In this document: in pieces, positions 47,571-64,000 of the stretch
How the letters are laid out: each line of letters begins with the position of its first letter
How positions within the stretch are numbered: position 1 is the stretch's first letter
NCBI GenBank assembly: GCA_964199315.1
Contig: OZ116710.1
Coordinates: forward strand, 2,790,001 to 2,854,000
Direction of reading: 5' to 3'
DNA length: 64,000 nt
From: Orbicella franksi
Lineage: Eukaryota
Translations under genes and position numbers: made by a program
The notes under the pieces: model-generated
What the model saw: the letters and a program-made list of their open reading frames with translations, nothing else
Databases searched by the model: none
Told to the model about the DNA's origin: nothing

Positions 47571-49579
47571 AATAGGTGACATTTTAAACACCTACCTTGT
47601 AATTTTGCTCTAGGCAAAATGGAGTGCTTTACTAAGGTTGGAATAAAATAATATATCAGATGCATGCAGTAGATAACTTAGCTGTAGTACGATTTAAGCG
47701 AACGCAGTTCACGCACGATCGTTTTTCGTGGCTGAGCTTGAAGTGTTTTCCCAAAATCCATGCGTACTTATTGCACACTTGTACCGCACGTCACCAGAGT
47801 AAACGTTCGTACAGAAATATCGAGTTAAGCTTCACTAAAATAGTCAAGGTTCTAGTCTTTGAATCGAAGGGAAAATAAGCAATAGATTTCAAATCTAATA
47901 GAGAAATTTTAGCTTTACTGCGAATGAAGGTGATTTCATTTTCGCCAAAAAATATTGGTAATTTAACCCATATTCTATCAAATTATTTCAAACAACCTTG
48001 CTATATTTTAGTAAAGTGTCGAATGATGTGTAGCACCTGAACTACAAAACAAAACAAAAAAAAACCTGCTCTTCTCAAACTAGCTAGAAAAGAGATCCAA
48101 CATAGCTCACTGCACTCCATAGTAGGTGTTTTGAGGTCAGGCGGTCTGTAGAACATGCTGTTTAGCGAGGAAGAGCACAGATGTGATACATGCACGAGCG
48201 CGAAGCGTCAGGCCAGTGCGAGTGAAGACAAAAAGAGAAAAACTAGGCTTTCATTAGAAGAGTTTGGTAAAGTGTGTAAATGAATTTTATCATAAAATTT
48301 ATAACGTAAGCAAGTTGCAGAAGGGTATATATTTGATTTTCTGTTTATGTGTTTTCCAACCGATCAAAACTCACCACAAATACAAAACGCGTGAAACGTG
48401 CGCGAGCGAGTCAGGATGAATTTTGTTTTTACAACTGATTGAATAACACAGTGGCCGTCTTTTTTAAGAATCAATCACTTACAGTGGTAATATAAAACCA
48501 GACCAAGTACGAATTACTTTCGAGGCTCAAGTGAAGACCATTCTAATAGTCAAAACTATAGCGGGATCAGATATTATTTGCCATTATTCAAGACCGGATT
48601 TGACAGAACCTGTCAGACCGCAATCAATCAAAGATTGCGCCAAATGTTTCGAGTTTGAAAAATTCACCAAACAGTGAAAGGTATCATATGTTTCAATATA
48701 TGTCTAAAATTTGAAAATATCAAAGTCACAGTTGATGTGATGTTTTTACTGCAAAAAGAGGACATGTTTTTGCAGCGAAGAATTGGCACGATTGCGGCCT
48801 TAAAAAATAGTCATAATGAAAAGCAGATTAAAACAACATTTGTTTGTGTGTCGAAAAAGTGAAACCGCCACAAAAATGCATCTCCCAAAACAGACCACTT
48901 CTTTCTTTCTTTCTTTTTTTCAAAATAGAGGATAATATTATATGTTATCTGTTATTCTTCACAATTATTAGCATAACAGCTAACTCACTTCTAGATTTAT
49001 AGTAAAAGGCAATAGAGTTATCAGGGTAGTGGAGCGAATTCAAAAAGGTCTATGATCCGCCAAAGCTAAATAGAATATTGTTGTGTTATCGGTCTAGTAG
49101 ATGTGGTCAATTACAGTATGTAAGCTGTAACAATAAGGATTGAAGTAAAACGGATGCACTGTCACTAGGAAGTGTTCACACTAGGTGATATAATAATGAT
49201 ATGTTCAACAGAAAATATGTAAGAGTTATGCTCATGTTTTTTAATGCGGTTTTAAGGGGTTGCTTTTAGGCGTTATTGTTGACGCACAAGGCCAGTTTCT
49301 AACGGACGCCATTTCATTTCATGGTTTCTTTGCCAAATACTGAGTTTGAGTGTCACATTCAGGAAAAAGGTGAACTCAGCAGTAACATTTCAAACGCTGT
49401 CGTGTGAGCACTCCTTAGTACATTGCATATGTTTCTCTTACTTGCAATTGCAAGCATATATATTATTTTTACACGTAGAAAAGAGAAAGAAAGATCAACA
49501 AACCATCACTTTAAGATACTTTACTGGTGACTTCAAAAAGTATACTATTTAAAAGGTCTAGATAGCAGCAGACATGTAA

Positions 49580-49818
49580 AGATTCTAAGGAAAACGACCG
49601 ATTTTTTTAAGTTTAAAAGACATGTTTCGACAGAACTTCTGTCATCTTCACTTAATTTACACCTTTTCACGTTCTGTTGTTACTATTTGTCTTAAATAGC
49701 ATTTTTGCCTACTTATTATTCAACCTGCTTTGTAATCATTCATTCAACTGAAGATGACAGAAGTTCTGTCGAAACATGTCTTTTAAGCGTAAAAAATCGG
49801 TCGTTTTCCTTAGAATCT
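49580..49818. ncRNA. Inverted repeat of about 70 bp carrying minimal type I hammerhead-like motifs
   Basis: Arms 49580-49650 / 49749-49818. The plus strand reads CTGAAGA-T-GACAG-AAGTT-CTGTC-GAAAC-ATGTC (49748-49780). Confidence 0.55.
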
Positions 49819-51117
49819 ATACTATTTAAGAGTTTAAGTATCGTAACTGAATAATAATTACACGAATAAAACTCTCAATATCAGTATTCTCAAGTGTCAT
49901 TCTTTTATGACAACATCGTTAACCATGCATTTAGTTTCAATACCGCATGCATTACAAATTTGTAGACTATATCCGTCTGTTTTGTTGTTGTTGCTGTTGT
50001 TTTACTGCTTTAAAATGACTTTCTTAATGAAAGTCGTACTTCAAGAAAAATTCTGCGACGTCGCTATTGACGAGACCTGTAACATTTGCGCAAGACTAGG
50101 AAATATGTTGAGGTAACCTCGCTCGCGTCTTTATATTATTGTCTTGCAGTTTTTTTCCTAACTAAAGAATAAGAATTTAGTATCTCCTTCTCGGTCTTTA
50201 TGTAATAATAAGGATCACAAGCCACCAACAAGCCAGTTCCTGCTCTCTAGCGTAATACACGCGACACGCGGTTATATTCACAGCGACTGTGATTTAGTTC
50301 CTCATGCTCTGCCACCGAACATTGAACCAAAACTTTATTTAAGGTAATGATAATTAGAAACCCCCAAAAGATAAAGACAACTTAAAAAAACAAATAAGAT
50401 AAATAGTAACTAAAACAAAAACAACTTACCGCGTTGTTGTTGTTGTTGTTGTATACGATGCATTAAAATTGTTAAAAGTTTGCAGCCTTACTCCCTATAT
50501 TTATATATATCTTATACTCCATCAAATATCTCTTAATCACTGCTCGGGCAAAACTTAGAAAATTGGTTTGCAAGATTTAGAACGAAAGATATCCGTGGCG
50601 ACGAGCGAGGTGGTTGGTAGAAGTTGGGTGTGACTTGCGACCTGCTATGCAACTAAGTGAAAGATTCAGAAGGCCTGAATTAATGTGATATAAATAGGTC
50701 ATTAGGCCCAATTCACCGGGGCGATAAGAGAATATGTTAGCACTACATAATTACCACAGCACGAATATTTTGTCGCTGAAGCACTTTGCAATTCCTCTGT
50801 CATATAGACACAATAAATAACAATAGTACCTTCCATGCCAACATTCGTTTTCACAGCTTTCTAACTGAGACATCCCTATGGTCGTGAAGAATTGCCTGAC
50901 GACGAGACAGTATTATCTACCCGCAGGCCGTATATCTCTCTCCAGTTAATAATTGTTTCACAAGTACGTCGTCCTTGTCTGTGTTTCTTTCCACTGAATT
51001 ATACTGTATTTACTTTATAAAGCACGTCAAGGTTTCTATGAGCTACTGTGTAATATTCCATGGCCTGCCCTTCGAGCCTCATTAGCAAGTGCGAATTCCG
51101 TCAGCGTTCAAATGCTC

Positions 51118-63221
<12,104 letters not shown>

Positions 63222-64000
63222 TTCTGATTGAAAGATTCCTTGCGTCTCCGCTGACACTTCGTTGTCTAGTTAGAATTCTTGCGAGTTCTTTTAAGACCAG
63301 GATTACTAAAAAACGAGAGATTGAACGGCTTAAAGATATTTCACTTGGATGATATCGATCATGGACCCAAGCATGAGCTTCTCCTCAAACTGACAAGCTA
63401 GCCACGTGTAGCCCACTCCAATGTTCGATCACTCAATACCGCTATCGCGAAGGCGGGTAAGAAAACTCTGAGATAATGAGTATATATTTGATTTTCAAAG
63501 AATGTCAAATCTTTCAATTAATACCCTTTTTTGTCACCGTGTAGTTCTTACCATTACTTGCCTAATTAAGTGGTGAACGGTAGGGAAGTTGAAATGACCT
63601 CAAACCTACCTTCTAATCACGGAAAATTTATGTGAAAGATTTAAGTCAAGCCACTAGGAGAGCGGAATCCTGTTCCCAAGTTTAGGGCAAGTTGTAGAGT
63701 GTGCTGTCCAAGTTCAGGCTAACAGCTTTTATGTCGTGCCTCTTTCCGGAGGAGAGCGCAATAACAATGGCATCCCTTAGGCAATGTCTGTGAATGTTCT
63801 GGTTTTCACTACCCTTGTCATTTCGACACAACACACGAAGTTCAACATTGACCCCAAGGAATGTTACTCCGAACCTTGAAGCTTAAAATATTTACATGTT
63901 ACGAACTGGTGTTAGGTGTCGAATGTCAGCAAAGCGGAATTTTTTTGATGTTGAAAGGATATTTTTCTTAAATGACAATCGACTGTGTCTGTTATTTCGC

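Noticed and set aside
10016-48865. Scattered IRF-like GAAANNGAAA matches (e.g. 10016, 13271, 17227, 48853)
   Set aside because: Several are expected by chance in AT-rich 64 kb, and some lie inside repeats with no nearby TSS.

Overview
Eukaryotic, AT-rich, intron-containing DNA with two N-gaps. The repeat content (Penelope-like GIY-YIG element, many MITEs) and gene content suggest a cnidarian, probably a stony coral (inference). I built six protein-coding models by hand from splice sites and reading phase. (1) A 3-exon PARP14/PARP9-like RRM/KH + single macrodomain protein with no PARP catalytic domain, preceded by a cluster of NF-kB and ISRE motifs. (2, 3) Two divergently oriented paralogous genes, missed as wholes by the ORF track, encoding ~200-220 aa proteins that look like beta-trefoil cytokines. 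Their intron phases match both FGF and IL-1 families, their sequence motifs look more IL-1-like, and they have an N-terminal hydrophobic anchor and four conserved Cys. This is the most exciting signal in the window. (4) A 2-exon TMEM151-family gene. (5) A single-exon rhodopsin-class GPCR. (6) A 14-exon clan-4 cytochrome P450 in which one splice donor reads AT instead of GT. Non-coding highlights: a 5'-inverted Penelope-like insertion, palindromes of hammerhead-ribozyme-like motifs, a double fold-back templated-insertion scar, and a 103-bp tandem repeat that folds into a conserved three-way junction. All homology calls come from motif recognition by eye; no database search was run.
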